Assembly: GCA_965207225.1 (NCBI GenBank)
Contig: CBDBLV010000002.1
Location: 128,001 to 192,000, forward strand
Direction: 5' to 3'
Origin: Dehalococcoidia bacterium
GTDB lineage: Bacteria > Chloroflexota > Dehalococcoidia > Plut-88900
Length of the DNA: 64,000 bases
The notes below the pieces were generated by a model. It was not told the origin of the DNA, did no database searches, and saw nothing but the letters and a program-made list of their open reading frames with translations. A program made the position numbers and the translations under genes. Below, piece after piece: positions 29,231 through 39,525 of this stretch. Position 1 is the stretch's first letter, and every line of letters starts with the position of its first letter.

Positions 29231-31626
29231 ATTGAGTAGGAACGGCGCCGCCAATGACCGGATTTCGCCGACGGGTTTGCGCCATTCCTCTCACCGAACC
29301 GGACGTGCCTCTTTCAAGGCATCCGGCTCTCCATTAGACGGTTGGTTGTTGGCTTGGTTGGCTTTCGGCCTTATGGCACGTCCGGCAGAGCGTGACCAAG
29401 TCTTTGAGCGCGTGGGACTTCATGCCTTTGGTGTGGTGGACTTGGAGAGGACTCCGAGCGCCACACTGCTGGCATCTCATCTCGTCGCGCAACTTGGCCT
29501 TTAGTTTCCGTTCGGCGAGTGCGAGAGGTTCGCTGCGGCTACGTCTGCCGCTGCTTGCCCCGATGGTCGCCGTGTAGGTGCGCTCGTCTGGGCCGGTTTC
29601 TCCCTGTGGATGGTCGCTTGTTGCCTCTGCGTGGCCGGACAGGTAGGGATGCGGGAATCCCGCGGCCCCTTTCTGAAGGTAGCGTTGGCGGTCAAGCTCC
29701 TGTCGGGTGGGGAGCCATTGGTACGCTTCCAGCTTGTTATCGCCTTCGCGTTCCTCTGCGTACCAGCGGGTTCTGCCGTGGAGCCGCCTAGTCTTGGCTT
29801 TCATGAGTTGTCCCTTGTGGCTACCCTTATGCTTCTTTAGTAGCCAGTTGAGGTAGCGGAACCATGTGAACCGCGTGATGTCCTCAACGTCTTGCACAAG
29901 GCTGGTGTACCGATAGTATTCGGCCCAGCCCCGCACGATAGCGTTCAGGGTCGTCAGTCGGGTATACTCGTTCATCCAAGTCCAGTTCCTGGAAGTCAGG
30001 GCCTTGAGTTTCCGCTTCACGCGCTCCTTGGCCTTGGCCGTCGGTCGGAGATACACCGCCCACTTTCCTTCGGTCTTCTTGCGCTGGATGTGGAAACCCA
30101 GGAACTGGAAGCCGTCGTTGACGTGGGTGATGACAGTCTTTTCTTCCGATAGCGTTAGGTGGAGTTTGGTCTCCAGAAACCGTTGTATGGCCTGCTTGGT
30201 CGCTTTAACCTCGGCAATGGGGCCATTGCTGACGACCACGAAGTCGTCGGCGTAGCGCACCATTTTGTAATTGCCGAGACCGGCGTACCGTCTCCGGCGT
30301 CGAGCGTTCTGGTCGAGATCCCACTGCGCCGCCGCCCACTGGTCAAACTCGTTGAGGTAGACGTTGGCGAGCAGTGGGGAGATAACCCCTCCCTGTGGCA
30401 CACCGGATTCGGTGCGAGCGAAGAGGCCCTCTTCCATTACGCCCGATTTCAGGAATTTCCAGATTAAGTCCAGAAGCGCCCTGTCCTTCAACCGCCTCCG
30501 CAACAGCTTCATGAGTGTCCTATGATGGACGGTGTCGAAGTAGCTTTGGAGGTCGCCTTCAATCACGTAGTAGTGTTTCACGCTGGTGATGAACATGGGC
30601 ATAAGGACTGCGATAGCGTCCATCGTGCAACGACCTTTGCGGAAGCCGTAGGAGTGCGGATAGAAGTCCGACTCGTAAATCGGGTCGAGGATGGCCCGAA
30701 GTGCTTCCTGCACGATGCGGTCTCGCAGGGCGGGGATGCCCAGCGGGCGCTTCTTGCCATCGTGCTTGGGTATGTAAACTCGCCGGACGGGTTGTGGCTC
30801 GTACGTTTTGCGCTTCAGTTGGTTGATGAGGGCCGTCATTTGACCCTCGTAGTCCTTCTTGAACGCATCCCGTGTCTTGCCGTCCACGCCGTCGGTCTGG
30901 CTACCCGGTCGTGCAAGTACCCTTTCGGCCGCCGTGTGCATCCAGCAATCCCAGTGCAACAGGTCGTACAGGTTGGTGAACCTGTGGTCTGGATGCTCAT
31001 TGGCCGTCTTTGCCAAGAACCTTTGCTTTTCTGCCATCTTTGTCGGGTTCATACACCCCTCCTCTGGCGTAGTTTGCTTGTGTTCTGCACTCGTCTAATT
31101 GCCCTCCTTCGCCATGTGGCCGGCTTTCCCGACCTCGGACTACTACGAGGGCTCTGCCCCACTTTCGGCATTGGCCGCAAGCTAGCCGACCCCGTTGCCG
31201 GGGAGCCGAACGTGGTTCCCAAGTTCACGTAGGTTGTGTCTGCATTCCGCCTTAGGCTCTGCCTTTACGCCTGGCACGGCTCCTTGCCGCGCTCGCCATC
31301 GGGGGACGTCCGGTTGTACGGAGTGCGGCGTCCCTGTCCTAATGAACTTTCCCCGCAGTGGTTAGACGGGTATCCGATGACTCTGCCCTCGCCCTACCGT
31401 GGACGGACAGTCAGCGATTCGACGCTTCAACCAGCAGTTTCTTGTGTAGCCTTAACGGAACTCTGGCTAGGGGTGCACAGCTTGGTAGGGTCGCTGTCGC
31501 CCCGTTGTCGGGAAGGCTTCAAACACGGTTCTGCTTCGGGTCCCCGTGCCTGCTTCCGTAGCCACCGGCCCACTCCTGGCCGGGCTCCACATCTGGAACT
31601 CTCAACCTATGCGCTTCTTGGCGCAC
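29231..31626 (-). mobile_element. Group II intron, 2396 bp, antisense to its host gene
   Basis: 5' end GTGCG at 31626; domain V GAGAGCCGGATGCCTTGAAAGAGGCACGTCCGGTTC near 29297-29332; 3' end CCTACTCAAT at 29231. Confidence 0.95.
29334..31052 (-). CDS. ltrA: Group II intron reverse transcriptase/maturase with a C-terminal HNH-like domain
   Basis: RPLGIP..DRIVQ, PQGGVISPLLAN, YADD, FLGF, RGWAEYY and CQQC..VHH..LCRTCH. Confidence 0.97.
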   Translation of the reverse strand: MNPTKMAEKQRFLAKTANEHPDHRFTNLYDLLHWDCWMHTAAERVLARPGSQTDGVDGKTRDAFKKDYEGQMTALINQLKRKTYEPQPVRRVYIPKHDGKKRPLGIPALRDRIVQEALRAILDPIYESDFYPHSYGFRKGRCTMDAIAVLMPMFITSVKHYYVIEGDLQSYFDTVHHRTLMKLLRRRLKDRALLDLIWKFLKSGVMEEGLFARTESGVPQGGVISPLLANVYLNEFDQWAAAQWDLDQNARRRRRYAGLGNYKMVRYADDFVVVSNGPIAEVKATKQAIQRFLETKLHLTLSEEKTVITHVNDGFQFLGFHIQRKKTEGKWAVYLRPTAKAKERVKRKLKALTSRNWTWMNEYTRLTTLNAIVRGWAEYYRYTSLVQDVEDITRFTWFRYLNWLLKKHKGSHKGQLMKAKTRRLHGRTRWYAEEREGDNKLEAYQWLPTRQELDRQRYLQKGAAGFPHPYLSGHAEATSDHPQGETGPDERTYTATIGASSGRRSRSEPLALAERKLKAKLRDEMRCQQCGARSPLQVHHTKGMKSHALKDLVTLCRTCHKAESQPSQQPTV

Positions 31627-33111
31627 ACCCACCCTTCACCAGGGCAACTAACCATGAAGGCGCCCATGCGGACATTACCAACCCTGCCTTCGCTGCGTTT
31701 GATGCCACTCCTGCTGACCAATCGGAGATGGGAGACCGGATCAACCAGTTAGGGAAAGGCTCCTGCTACCACGGCAATGCTGGAATCGCTTCAGCATTCG
31801 CTGCGCTGGCCGACAAGAAACTCAAGGCCGGTGGAGTCCTTGCCCTGGTCTTGCCCCTGTCGGCAGCTTCGGGCCTATCCTGGCAAGGGTTCAGAGAGAC
31901 GCTGGCCAAGAACTATACCGACCTTACCGTGTTTAGCATAGCGGCCTCGGACAACGACCACATTTCGTTCTCGGCTGACACGGGCATGGCTGAGTGTCTG
32001 GTTATAGCCCGCAAACTCAGGCAGTCCGAGGAAGCGACGGGTACAGGGCGCGGGCACTTCATATCCCTGAGCCGCCGTGCCGAAGGGTTTGCCCATGCCG
32101 GCTCGCTGGCAATGAACGTCTCCAACCCCGAACAGGCGAGGCGGGTTGAGGATGGGCCTTATGGCGGCACGGCTTGGATGATCGGTGACGAATTGGCCGG
32201 AGAAAGCATGACCGCCCCGGTCCAGTCGGACGGAGAATCCTGGGGTGCGGTCCGTCTGTCAGACCTGTCGCTGGCTCAGACAGCTTTCTCATTGGCCCAA
32301 TCGAAGCTATGGCTTCCCGGCAGCCCATCGGCGTCGGACGTGAAGGTAGCCCCGTTGGACAAGATTGCCACACTGGGCATGGTTCATCGAGATATAACGG
32401 GTCCCCGACCTCGCGGTCCCTTCGACAAGGTTGCCGCGACTCCGACAGCTACCTATCCGTCCCTATGGAACCACGATGCGAAGAACGAGACCAAGATGGT
32501 CTGCCAGCCCGACTCCCAGCTCCGGGTCAGGTCGGGAATGGAGCAAAAGGCCGCCACTGCCTGGGCTACGGCAAGCCGCGCCCATATCAACCTTGATTTC
32601 AGGTTCAACTCTCAGCCGTTGACAGCAGCGTTTACCGAGCGGGACAGCATGGGTGGCAGGGCGTGGCCCAACGTAAGGTTTCCAGGCAGCCGGTTCGATT
32701 ACGCCTTCACGCTGTGGTCCAACTCCACGCTCGGGCTGCTGCTGTATTGGTGGCACTCAAACAGGCAGCACAGCGGTCGAGGCACCACTACTATCAGAAA
32801 CGTTGAATCACTGCCTGTCCTTGACCTACGCGCCCTCAGCGAGGAGCAGTTGAGCACCTCTGAGGCCATTTTCAACGAACTCAAGGACTTGGAGCTGAAA
32901 CCCGCCTATCTTGCCGACGCCGACCCCAACCGTGCTCTTCTGGACCGAAGAGTGGTCTGTGAGCTCTTGGGTTTCGACAAGGAGACCTACGCAGCCGTCC
33001 GTCGCTTGACCGAGAAATGGTGCGCTGAGCCATCGGTGCGTGGCGGCAAGGCACGTCCAAAGAGTGCTAAGGCAATAATCTAAAGTACAGCACGACATCG
33101 GAGATGGCACT

Positions 33112-34545
33112 ATGCCTAGATTGTATGGCAGTGCATTTGAAGATGAACATCCAGGCACTTTGACGCTAAGGCACGAGTCGTCTGACCGGGTCGACGTCTT
33201 CTATACGCCTTCACAGGAACGCGTCCAACTCTCTGGTATAGGGGAAAACGATACCGAGACGTACCGCTTAAGACTGCTCCAGATTGATGGGCGAAAGAAA
33301 TCCCTGACTGTATTTCCAATCAGGACTACCGGTAGACAAGATGTATTTATGAAGCCCAAGTATCCCCAGGTGGAGCGAATCACTGTTGAGGACCAACGCA
33401 ATCTCGACATCGATTTCGAAAGGAGTCCACTTCGCACACAAGAAGATGTCATGATGCTGTTGGAACAACTGCCGTCGTGCTTCGTAAAAGACTTTGATTG
33501 GGGATTGGGACTGAGACAACCCTATCGCTTCATTGTCGATGCGGTCGAGAACCTCTCTGACTGCACTGAGATATTGATATCAGACCAATGCGAGACTGGC
33601 GTTGATCGTGCCAAGAGGCTTTTCTCCATTTCACTTTCGGACTTTAACGATATAAGAAAGACCATAAATAAGATTGCTACTCAGGGTCAGATTGAGGCGC
33701 AAACAGTCAACTACGACAACACATGGTCTTTCTTCGCGGATAAGCTCGGACTAATCCGTGCGCTAGATGTGCATAAGCCAGCCGCAGCCGTGGCAAGACG
33801 CTCAATCCTCAATGTAAGTCGTTCACCTGCACAAGAAGCCCGGGATACAGCGCTGACCATAGTAAACAGGAGTGCTGAAACCATCGCAAAGGACCAACCT
33901 GAACAACTTGCGACCCTAAAGGAGAATATAGAGCTTGCTACTCTTCAAGCACTGATCGATCGATTTGAAAGCATGACAAAATCGAAGGCCCTAGAGAATG
34001 AATGGCAGAGGTTCTTGGATGACAATCCATTTCTGCTGAGCCTAGCATTCGGTTATCCAGTGATCAAAGTTCATGGTCAGGCGTCCGTTGGTGGCCGCAA
34101 GTTGTCTGGGAGAGGCGATAAGGTTGCCGATTTTCTGGTCAAGAACAGCATGACCAACAATTGCGCCATTGTTGAACTCAAGCGGCCCAACACGAAACTT
34201 TTGAATCGCAAGGCGGCTCAGAATGGCGTTTACACTCCATCGAGTGAATTAGTGGGCGCAATCAACCAAGCTCTCGACCAGAAGTATCAATTTGACCGAC
34301 AAATAACACAGATCAAGGAGAATAGCGGCATACACGACATCAAGTCGTATTCCGTCCATTGCTGCCTTCTCATCGGTTCTATGCCGAAGGATGAAGATAG
34401 GCAAAAATCATTCGAGCTCTTTCGCGGTAATTCTAAGGATGTGGAAATCGTCACTTTTGATGAACTGCTGCAAAAGCTGAGGCAGTTCAGGGATTTCTTG
34501 AAGTCTTCGGAAGTCAACCCTAGTCCGCCCATCCAAAGCCAGTGA
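33112..34545 (+). CDS. sduA: Shedu (SduA, DUF4263) anti-phage nuclease
   Basis: ENEWQRFL..NPF, ADFL..IVELKRP, GAINQ and IVTFDELL. Confidence 0.85.
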   Translation: MPRLYGSAFEDEHPGTLTLRHESSDRVDVFYTPSQERVQLSGIGENDTETYRLRLLQIDGRKKSLTVFPIRTTGRQDVFMKPKYPQVERITVEDQRNLDIDFERSPLRTQEDVMMLLEQLPSCFVKDFDWGLGLRQPYRFIVDAVENLSDCTEILISDQCETGVDRAKRLFSISLSDFNDIRKTINKIATQGQIEAQTVNYDNTWSFFADKLGLIRALDVHKPAAAVARRSILNVSRSPAQEARDTALTIVNRSAETIAKDQPEQLATLKENIELATLQALIDRFESMTKSKALENEWQRFLDDNPFLLSLAFGYPVIKVHGQASVGGRKLSGRGDKVADFLVKNSMTNNCAIVELKRPNTKLLNRKAAQNGVYTPSSELVGAINQALDQKYQFDRQITQIKENSGIHDIKSYSVHCCLLIGSMPKDEDRQKSFELFRGNSKDVEIVTFDELLQKLRQFRDFLKSSEVNPSPPIQSQ

Positions 34546-34600
34546 CCTAGCGTCAACTGCCTGTTGCGCCCATGTGTCCCGATTCTGCTAGTCTCGATGT

Positions 34601-36313
34601 ATGCCCCCCACCGAACGACAGCTACTCGACGCCCTCAGCCGGACGCCCTTCGTCGATTCGACGGAGCTGGCACTCATTCTCGGCGAGCCCCACACGACCG
34701 TCCACCGCACCCTGGCCAACTTGATGGCCGAAGGCATCGTGGGGAGAGTGAGCCACGGCACAGCCCACCTGCCGTCGAGCCAGAGGTACCACTTGACGGC
34801 CAGCGGCGTCGGCGAAGCCGCCTGGACGCTCGGCTTCGGCACGCCTTCAGACTATGTGCGAGCCTACCCCATGTCGAGGGAGTGGCTGACGCTGCTCATC
34901 CGCAGGATTGACTCAGTGGTCGGCGTCTACCGACTCGCCGCCTCGATGTCCCCAGGCATCGAAGGACTCCGAACCCGTGTGGAGTTCCACCGCAAAGGCC
35001 GCTTCGACGCCACCATCACGCTGCATGACGGCCGTGACTTCGGCGTGGTGCGCCAGGGCCTCGCCCTGCGGCGCCGGTCCCTCTACGACCGGCTGAGGGC
35101 CATAGCGGAGTACGACTACAGTCGCCGCCCCGACGTCGTTCTCATCCTCGTCCCCAGCGTGTGGGAGGAGAGGCTGACTACGAGGTTCTGCGAGGAACGG
35201 AACGTCCGTGACTGCTACGTTGCCGTGGAGTCCAGAGACGCCCTCGAAAGACGGGACCGCCGCCTCTGGTGCACAACCTCGTGGGTGATCGGAAGCAGCT
35301 TCTTCTCGCTGGAGCAGGTCATCTCCGAAGGACGCCCCGGGAGAAGGCCCTCCACCGAGTCGCCAGAGCGCAAGCGGGCTTCCATACCCCAGCCTGAGCG
35401 GATGGCGCAGGCTGCGCCGGCCTTCGGCATCAGCCCTTCGGAGAAGCGGACGCTGGACATCATCACCGACCACCCGATGATCCCCCGTGAGCACTTGGCC
35501 TTCTGGCTCGGTGTCTCCGAGGGACGAGTCAGCCAGATGATGCGCAGCCTCGTCGATACCTGGGGCCTGGTGGAGCGCCAGGGCAAACGCGGAGACACCC
35601 GCTACACCCTGTCCACCGAGGGCATTCGCTACGTAACCCACCGGGATCGTGCCCAGCTACCCACGACGCAGGGCATCTGGAGCACGGCCCGCACCACCGA
35701 CAAACAGGGCCGCAGGCGTCACATGGGACACCGCATCGAGACGTGGGCTAGGCAAACGAGGCACACCGACGGCATCACGTGGTTCCTCTCGAAGCTGGCA
35801 GCGGAGACCAGGGCCGACCCGAACAGCGAGCTTCTGTGGTCCGTCCCCACCGCCAGGTCAGACCGTGCCTACAACTGGGGCGATTCGGCCATTGCCCCCG
35901 ACGCCTTGGGGGAGTTGGTCACTGGCGGCATCCACATACCGTTCTACTTCGAGCACGAGCTGCGAGCCCGTCACCCCAGGGGCGTCATAGCCCGCCTGCG
36001 TCCCTACGAAAGCTACTACTGGGCACCTGAGCATAAGGACGACCAGCCGCCGTTTCCCACGACGCTCTTCGTCGTTGACACCCAGGAGGTCGAGGATACC
36101 TACGTGAATACTGCCACCCAGATGAGCCGGATGTCGCTGCCCATCCTCGTGTCCTGCATCCCCGTCCTGTCACGAACTGGAATACTAGGAAAGTCATGGC
36201 GTCCACTGTGGGAATCGGAGTCTCCGAGGCTGCCCCTGTCCGGGCTGAGCGCCTTCCGGTGGGATAGTCTCTACCACCGGATGCGCCAGAGTCCTGTAGG
36301 GGGGAATAGATAG
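34601..36313 (+). CDS. Winged-helix / replication-relaxation-like protein
   Basis: Two wHTH-like segments, each followed by a PD-(D/E)xK-like module; H..GITWF, PDALG and FEHE. Confidence 0.6.
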   Translation: MPPTERQLLDALSRTPFVDSTELALILGEPHTTVHRTLANLMAEGIVGRVSHGTAHLPSSQRYHLTASGVGEAAWTLGFGTPSDYVRAYPMSREWLTLLIRRIDSVVGVYRLAASMSPGIEGLRTRVEFHRKGRFDATITLHDGRDFGVVRQGLALRRRSLYDRLRAIAEYDYSRRPDVVLILVPSVWEERLTTRFCEERNVRDCYVAVESRDALERRDRRLWCTTSWVIGSSFFSLEQVISEGRPGRRPSTESPERKRASIPQPERMAQAAPAFGISPSEKRTLDIITDHPMIPREHLAFWLGVSEGRVSQMMRSLVDTWGLVERQGKRGDTRYTLSTEGIRYVTHRDRAQLPTTQGIWSTARTTDKQGRRRHMGHRIETWARQTRHTDGITWFLSKLAAETRADPNSELLWSVPTARSDRAYNWGDSAIAPDALGELVTGGIHIPFYFEHELRARHPRGVIARLRPYESYYWAPEHKDDQPPFPTTLFVVDTQEVEDTYVNTATQMSRMSLPILVSCIPVLSRTGILGKSWRPLWESESPRLPLSGLSAFRWDSLYHRMRQSPVGGNR

Positions 36314-36862
36314 CGACGATACATCGCTATCTGCCCTCTATGCTGTCTGGGGTGGACAAAAGGGAACATTTTGACCCGTCGGCGGGGTCTTGAGAGGCCG
36401 TAGACCGCCCGATTTGCCTCTGATTTAGCTACGAAACGGGCTGATTTCCCGCCTGACCGGTCAGCGACAGAAAATGCAAGTCAGTGGGAAGCCATGCTAA
36501 ACTGAATCGCCCCTTCCGAGACGGCAAAATTGCACTTTCGCACCCCTGACGTGTCAACCGGCTGGGAGGGAATTAGCTTTGGATGGACCTTCCCGGCGGG
36601 TCCGGGGTGTCGATGCGGGTGGGATTTGGGATGTCAGCGTCTGTGTTGGCCCAGTTTGGCCCATCGGTTTTGGCGGGAAACGATGGGGGGATGGGCGACA
36701 CGATTTTGGGGCGCGGGTAGAAACGGACATCCTGGGCCAACTCAGCTATGAAAACACACCGATTTCCTGGTACATCGGACAGTTCCAGTGAACACTTTGA
36801 CGAAAGGGCTGGTTCCACCGAAAAGTGGATGGAATTGCCAAAACGGGCCACCCCCGTAGAGG

Positions 36863-37333
36863 ATGGAAATGAGCGACGGACGGGCATCGAGGGACGACGA
36901 CCATCGGCCCGACCTGAAGTGGGTCGTGGAGTGGCTGGTCGCGCGGGAGGGACAGCGCAAGACTGCCGCCCTTCTGGGCGTGAACCGGAAGACGGTGGCG
37001 CTGGCCCTGCGCCGGGAGCGGCTGACGGGCAGGATGAACCTTGCCGTCCAGCGGCTCATGGCCAACCTGGACGATCCGGGGTGGGAGAAGACGACGCCGG
37101 TAGACAGGTTGGAGGCGAGGATACAGGTGGCGCTCGAAGTGGCGCACGAGCTGGCGGGGCTGGTGGAGAGTCTGACGCAGCGCGTCGCGGCCCTGGAGGC
37201 GGCACAGAGTCCCCAGTCCGACGCTGAAGGCCAGGAGCCGGCGGATGCGCCCGAGCCGGAGGGCCGGGGACTGCGCCTGTTCGACTGGGGGCGGAGGCGT
37301 CGGCCGCGGGGCGAGGAACAGAGCGATGAATGA
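36863..37333 (+). CDS. HTH/coiled-coil protein, shorter paralog of 1545..2423
   Basis: LVAREGQRKTAALLGVNRKTV versus VVRREGSRKGAARALGIDRRTV. Confidence 0.75.
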   Translation: MEMSDGRASRDDDHRPDLKWVVEWLVAREGQRKTAALLGVNRKTVALALRRERLTGRMNLAVQRLMANLDDPGWEKTTPVDRLEARIQVALEVAHELAGLVESLTQRVAALEAAQSPQSDAEGQEPADAPEPEGRGLRLFDWGRRRRPRGEEQSDE

Positions 37334-37769
37334 GCACACCCGCTGGGTGACGAAGGCGGAGGCTGTGCGGGAGATGGAGGTTTCCGTCTCAACCCTCGAC
37401 CGGATGATTCGCCGGGGAGAGATCGAGGTCCGCAGGGAGGGGCGCCGGGTGTACGTGCGGATGGAGGGGCCGGAGCGTGTGAACGACGACGAGCTGCTGC
37501 GCCGGGCTCTCGTTCGAGAGGACGAGCTTAGGCGGAGACTGTGGGAGCTAGATAGGCGAGCATCGAAGTTGGAGAGGGAGAGGGACGAGGCCGGGGACGC
37601 CGCGACCGCCAGCCGTCAGGCGTATGCGGAGATGGAGGAGGCGTACCAGAAGGAGCGCGCCGTACACGAGAGGACGAAGGAGAGGCTCATCGCGGCCCGC
37701 GTGACCGCCTTCGTGCTGTTGGCGCTGCTGATCGGCAGCGTTCTCGTGTGGTGGTTCGTGCTGAGGTAA
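37326..37769 (+). CDS. Excisionase-like HTH + coiled coil + C-terminal TM helix
   Basis: VTKAEAVREMEVSVSTLDRMIRRG; hydrophobic tail VTAFVLLALLIGSVLVWWF. Confidence 0.8.
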   Translation: MNEHTRWVTKAEAVREMEVSVSTLDRMIRRGEIEVRREGRRVYVRMEGPERVNDDELLRRALVREDELRRRLWELDRRASKLERERDEAGDAATASRQAYAEMEEAYQKERAVHERTKERLIAARVTAFVLLALLIGSVLVWWFVLR

Positions 37770-37850
37770 GGGCGGTGCTATGACCCTTCTATGAACAGTG
37801 CTCTATGCTCAGGACCAAATGGAGACCGAGGGTAGGAAGGAGAGCGAATC

Positions 37851-38648
37851 GTGAGCCTTCTCAGAGAGTGGCGCAAATGGGACCCTGAGGACTTCCCATA
37901 CGTATTGGACATGGATGCTGATGTCCTGGAGTCCCCTAGCTGGAAGCCCTCGGTCGCCAAGCACCGAAGTTGGCGGAAAGCAACCGGAGCCCCAGACTTC
38001 TGCAAGTCAGACGACAAGCGGCTCCACTTGGGCCTCATTCCAGTCCCATTTATGGGAGACATGCTGAACGCTTCCATTTACGTGCTGATGCTGAACCCAG
38101 GGCTCGGACCTGGTGACTACTTCGAGTACAAGGTCCCTAGCTTACGGCGGGCACTTATCGCCAACCTGCGGCAGGAGCACATACCCGGAGTCATGCCATT
38201 TGTGTGCTTAGACCCTCGATTCGCTTGGCATGGAGGGTTCGGCTATTGGGACCGAAAACTCAAGGCAATAATGGAGACTCTAGCTGCATCGAAAGGTATG
38301 TCCTTGGCCGATGCACGCTCAGAGCTAGGGAGCAAGCTGGCAGTTGTCCAGCTTGTTCCATATCACAGCTCCGGATTCAATCAGAAGGCGTTACAGGAGC
38401 TACCCTCGGTGCGTCTAGCGAAGGACTTCGTTCGGCGGACAGTTGATAGACGAGTAAGAGCCCAAGAAGCAATTGTCATCGCCACGCGACAGGTCAAGGT
38501 TTGGGATCAATACCTGTCGAATGACCTTGGCGAGGAACGCGGAATAGTTCGATACACGGCTTCAGAAGCGAGAGCGGCGTCGTTGAGTCCTGATTCGAGT
38601 GGAGGTCGCGCCATTCTCCACAAACTAGGCGTCACGGACAGATACTAG
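37851..38648 (+). CDS. Uracil-DNA-glycosylase-superfamily-like protein (Brig1-like)
   Basis: IPVPFMGD..IYVLMLNPG and QLVPYHS motifs; GGAAGGAG RBS region. Confidence 0.55.
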   Translation: MSLLREWRKWDPEDFPYVLDMDADVLESPSWKPSVAKHRSWRKATGAPDFCKSDDKRLHLGLIPVPFMGDMLNASIYVLMLNPGLGPGDYFEYKVPSLRRALIANLRQEHIPGVMPFVCLDPRFAWHGGFGYWDRKLKAIMETLAASKGMSLADARSELGSKLAVVQLVPYHSSGFNQKALQELPSVRLAKDFVRRTVDRRVRAQEAIVIATRQVKVWDQYLSNDLGEERGIVRYTASEARAASLSPDSSGGRAILHKLGVTDRY

Positions 38649-38703
38649 CCCGTGCAACTATAGCGAAGACCCCGAGGCATGTATGTGAACCGGACGAGCA
38701 ACA

Positions 38704-39453
38704 TCAGAAGTCCACGTAATCATAAACGCAGACCAACCTCTTCCCGTCAAGTTCGAGATCGTCGGCCCGGAAATCCTTGCCGTCTCGAACCAGGAGTTTA
38801 CTGCGGGCAGCTTCCATGAAGCTCTCATAGTCTCGAAGGTTCGACAAGCCCTTTCGGTCATCGTACATTGAAGTTCTGAAGACTAGGACGTAAAACACCG
38901 AGACTTCGCCCGGTGCGGCGACCGTCCCGGCGGTTCCTGTCAACAGCTGATACCGAACATCTGCGAACCGGGAAGTGTCCGGTGAACCGTGGTCCGAAAA
39001 ATACTTCGCCAACAGCCCCTTCACCCTCTCGGGCGCGTTGGTGTTCTTCCCGGCCGCCCGTTTCTTCATGGCCGACGAGTACCTGCTCCTCACCGTACTG
39101 GCAAACGTTTCGTCTACCTTGGCTTCTACCCCTACAAACAGACTTGTCCTCGGAGTCAACTCTTCCACATGGCCGGTGATTGCAAGATCCAGGTTGCTAG
39201 GGTTGCCCGGATAGGAGTCGAACTTCGCCAGATGCTCCGGCGTGGCCTGCTCTAACTTTACGTACCGTGACAGGACGGAAGACAAGCGCGTTTCCAGATA
39301 AGCCGCGCCCTTCCGGTCCATAATGAACTCGGCAAGGGAATAGGCACTCCGCCCCTTCTTCCAATCCTTCTCCTTCGACGTCCCATCGAAGATTCGACTT
39401 CGCCACTCACTTAGGTTCGATATTCGTTGGCCGCGGGAATCTACGATTCTCAT
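38704..39453 (-). CDS. DUF6946-like putative PD-(D/E)xK nuclease
   Basis: WKKGRSAYSLA, NLDL..VEAKVDETF and RYQLLTG. Confidence 0.7.
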   Translation of the reverse strand: MRIVDSRGQRISNLSEWRSRIFDGTSKEKDWKKGRSAYSLAEFIMDRKGAAYLETRLSSVLSRYVKLEQATPEHLAKFDSYPGNPSNLDLAITGHVEELTPRTSLFVGVEAKVDETFASTVRSRYSSAMKKRAAGKNTNAPERVKGLLAKYFSDHGSPDTSRFADVRYQLLTGTAGTVAAPGEVSVFYVLVFRTSMYDDRKGLSNLRDYESFMEAARSKLLVRDGKDFRADDLELDGKRLVCVYDYVDF

Positions 39454-39489
39454 GCCTTACACCTCGGACTTCATTCTACCTACTGCCTC

Positions 39490-39519
39490 TTGCGTCTCAG
39501 GTATCCTGTAGCCTACAAT
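39490..39519 (+). promoter_or_regulatory. TA promoter with a palindromic operator
   Basis: TTGCGT-N18-TACAAT overlapping TGTAG-C-CTACA (39507-39517). Confidence 0.55.
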
Positions 39520-39525
39520 GTGGTG

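Larger units (their letters stand above)
27784..33083 (+). pseudogene. Fused restriction-modification (type IIG-like) gene interrupted by a group II intron; exons 27784-29230 and 31627-33083
   Basis: N-terminal ADVL..VVEAEF nuclease-like motif, ATFYT and DFACGTG. Removing 29231-31626 restores ATG A|AC CCA CCC TTC (MNPPF) and a 2904-nt frame (967 aa). Confidence 0.88.

Noticed and set aside
29334-31052. RT as a retron, DGR or defence-associated RT
   Set aside because: GTGCG start, domain V/VI, maturase domain and precise exon rejoining identify a group II intron.
31236-31626. N-terminal 130 aa of the 615-aa ORF
   Set aside because: Antisense read-through of intron RNA; the real coding exon starts at 31627.
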